A program made the position numbers and the translations under genes. From Antedon mediterranea (taxonomy: Eukaryota > Animalia > Echinodermata): a stretch of 64,000 bases of DNA. Shown here one piece after another: positions 62,954-64,000 of the stretch (the stretch's first letter is position 1; every line of letters begins with the position of its first letter). The notes beneath the pieces were generated by a model that did no database searches, was not told the DNA's origin, and saw only the letters and a program-made list of their open reading frames with translations. The DNA is taken from assembly GCF_964355755.1 (NCBI RefSeq), contig NC_092676.1:27174871-27238870 (forward strand), given 5' to 3'.

Positions 62954-64000
62954 GACAGAGGGTGAGAAACAACGTGCGTTGCTATAGTTTGAAATAAATT
63001 ATGAATTATTGAAATTAGCAATCTTCGAATTTACTTATATATATTATAAATAAATAAATAAGCTTTACCAACCATTACTATCGTCAACAACAATACAAAT
63101 GTATATGTATGAATTCTATGGTATATAATCTTCCTTAACAAAACGGAATAAAAACCATAAAAAGGTATATTATTTTGAGGTTATTGATATAATGTCTTAC
63201 ACGCTACAACCAGGCCTATTATTCGCCTTGACAATTAGTTAGACTCATCTCTCATTAATCCCCCACGAATTAAACTTAACAACCGCTTATCAAAATACAG
63301 ACTTGGTCATTAATCTTCAATTCTTTTTTAACCATTACAAATTTCATGCTCATCATCTTATTGTAGTTTCGTGTTCCTAATCGTTGTAATGGCAGTGGGC
63401 CTTTCTTAAATGGAAGATATCCTATAGATATTGGGCTAGGCCTAACTCTTGCACAAGTTATGACATTAAATATATTGTTTCCCCTGAAAAAAAAATAATT
63501 TTTAAAATTGTGTCTGTTGAATATGTCATTTTAATGTCCCATAATAGTTATTCACCAAAGTAGGATCACAAAAAAAAAATATTTACCTGAAAAAACTTTA
63601 ATTTAAAGCAAAACAAATTGTCTGTCAGTGTTTGGTTAAATTTAACTGTTTATTTTGTCTTTTTATAAGTGAAATAATTGTTTTTGAGGACAACACATCT
63701 TTAATTTATCGATCCTATATTAAGCTAGACAATAGCCACACCCATTACATAGGAAGATATATATAGTCTAGGTTCGTTTGATACCAAAAGAAGCAATGCA
63801 ATTGTGGTATTTTTCTTTTCTTCATTTCTACTGCAACGGTCGTTTTATGCCTTGTACGTGTATGCTACATTCAGCGGATGAGTAAAACGTGATGTATACC
63901 ACGTTTGTAGTACATATCCAACTGGAAATGTATTTTAAAAGGATAATAAAAAGACAACAAAAGTACATCTTGTGTTTTACCATGCTTTTGCAAAGAACAA

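Overview
AT-rich eukaryotic (invertebrate animal) genomic DNA with GT-AG introns; it is not prokaryotic and has no CRISPR array. Two spliced genes face each other tail to tail. On +, a BICRA/BICRAL (GLTSCR1-family, ncBAF subunit) gene has 10 coding exons (2633-18746, about 1576 aa by my splice model). On -, a ONECUT/HNF6 CUT-homeodomain gene has 2 coding exons (59383-58435 and 31427-31051, about 441 aa) split by a 27 kb intron. One 7.3 kb BICRA intron (10237-17503) is mostly DNA transposons. It holds a minisatellite split by a MITE, itself split by a 2 kb hAT-like element. That is followed by a 4.2 kb fold-back element built from the 3' end of an Academ-like transposase gene, with a 55 bp hAT mini-element in its loop. 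About 11 copies of a Harbinger-type MITE, a P-type MITE, a truncated LINE tail and several minisatellites are dispersed. The most notable observations are the intronic fold-back (potential 1.6-1.8 kb dsRNA stem) and a duplicated terminal splice acceptor that could remove the putative BRD4-binding tail of BICRA. All calls come from reading the sequence by eye; no searches were run.
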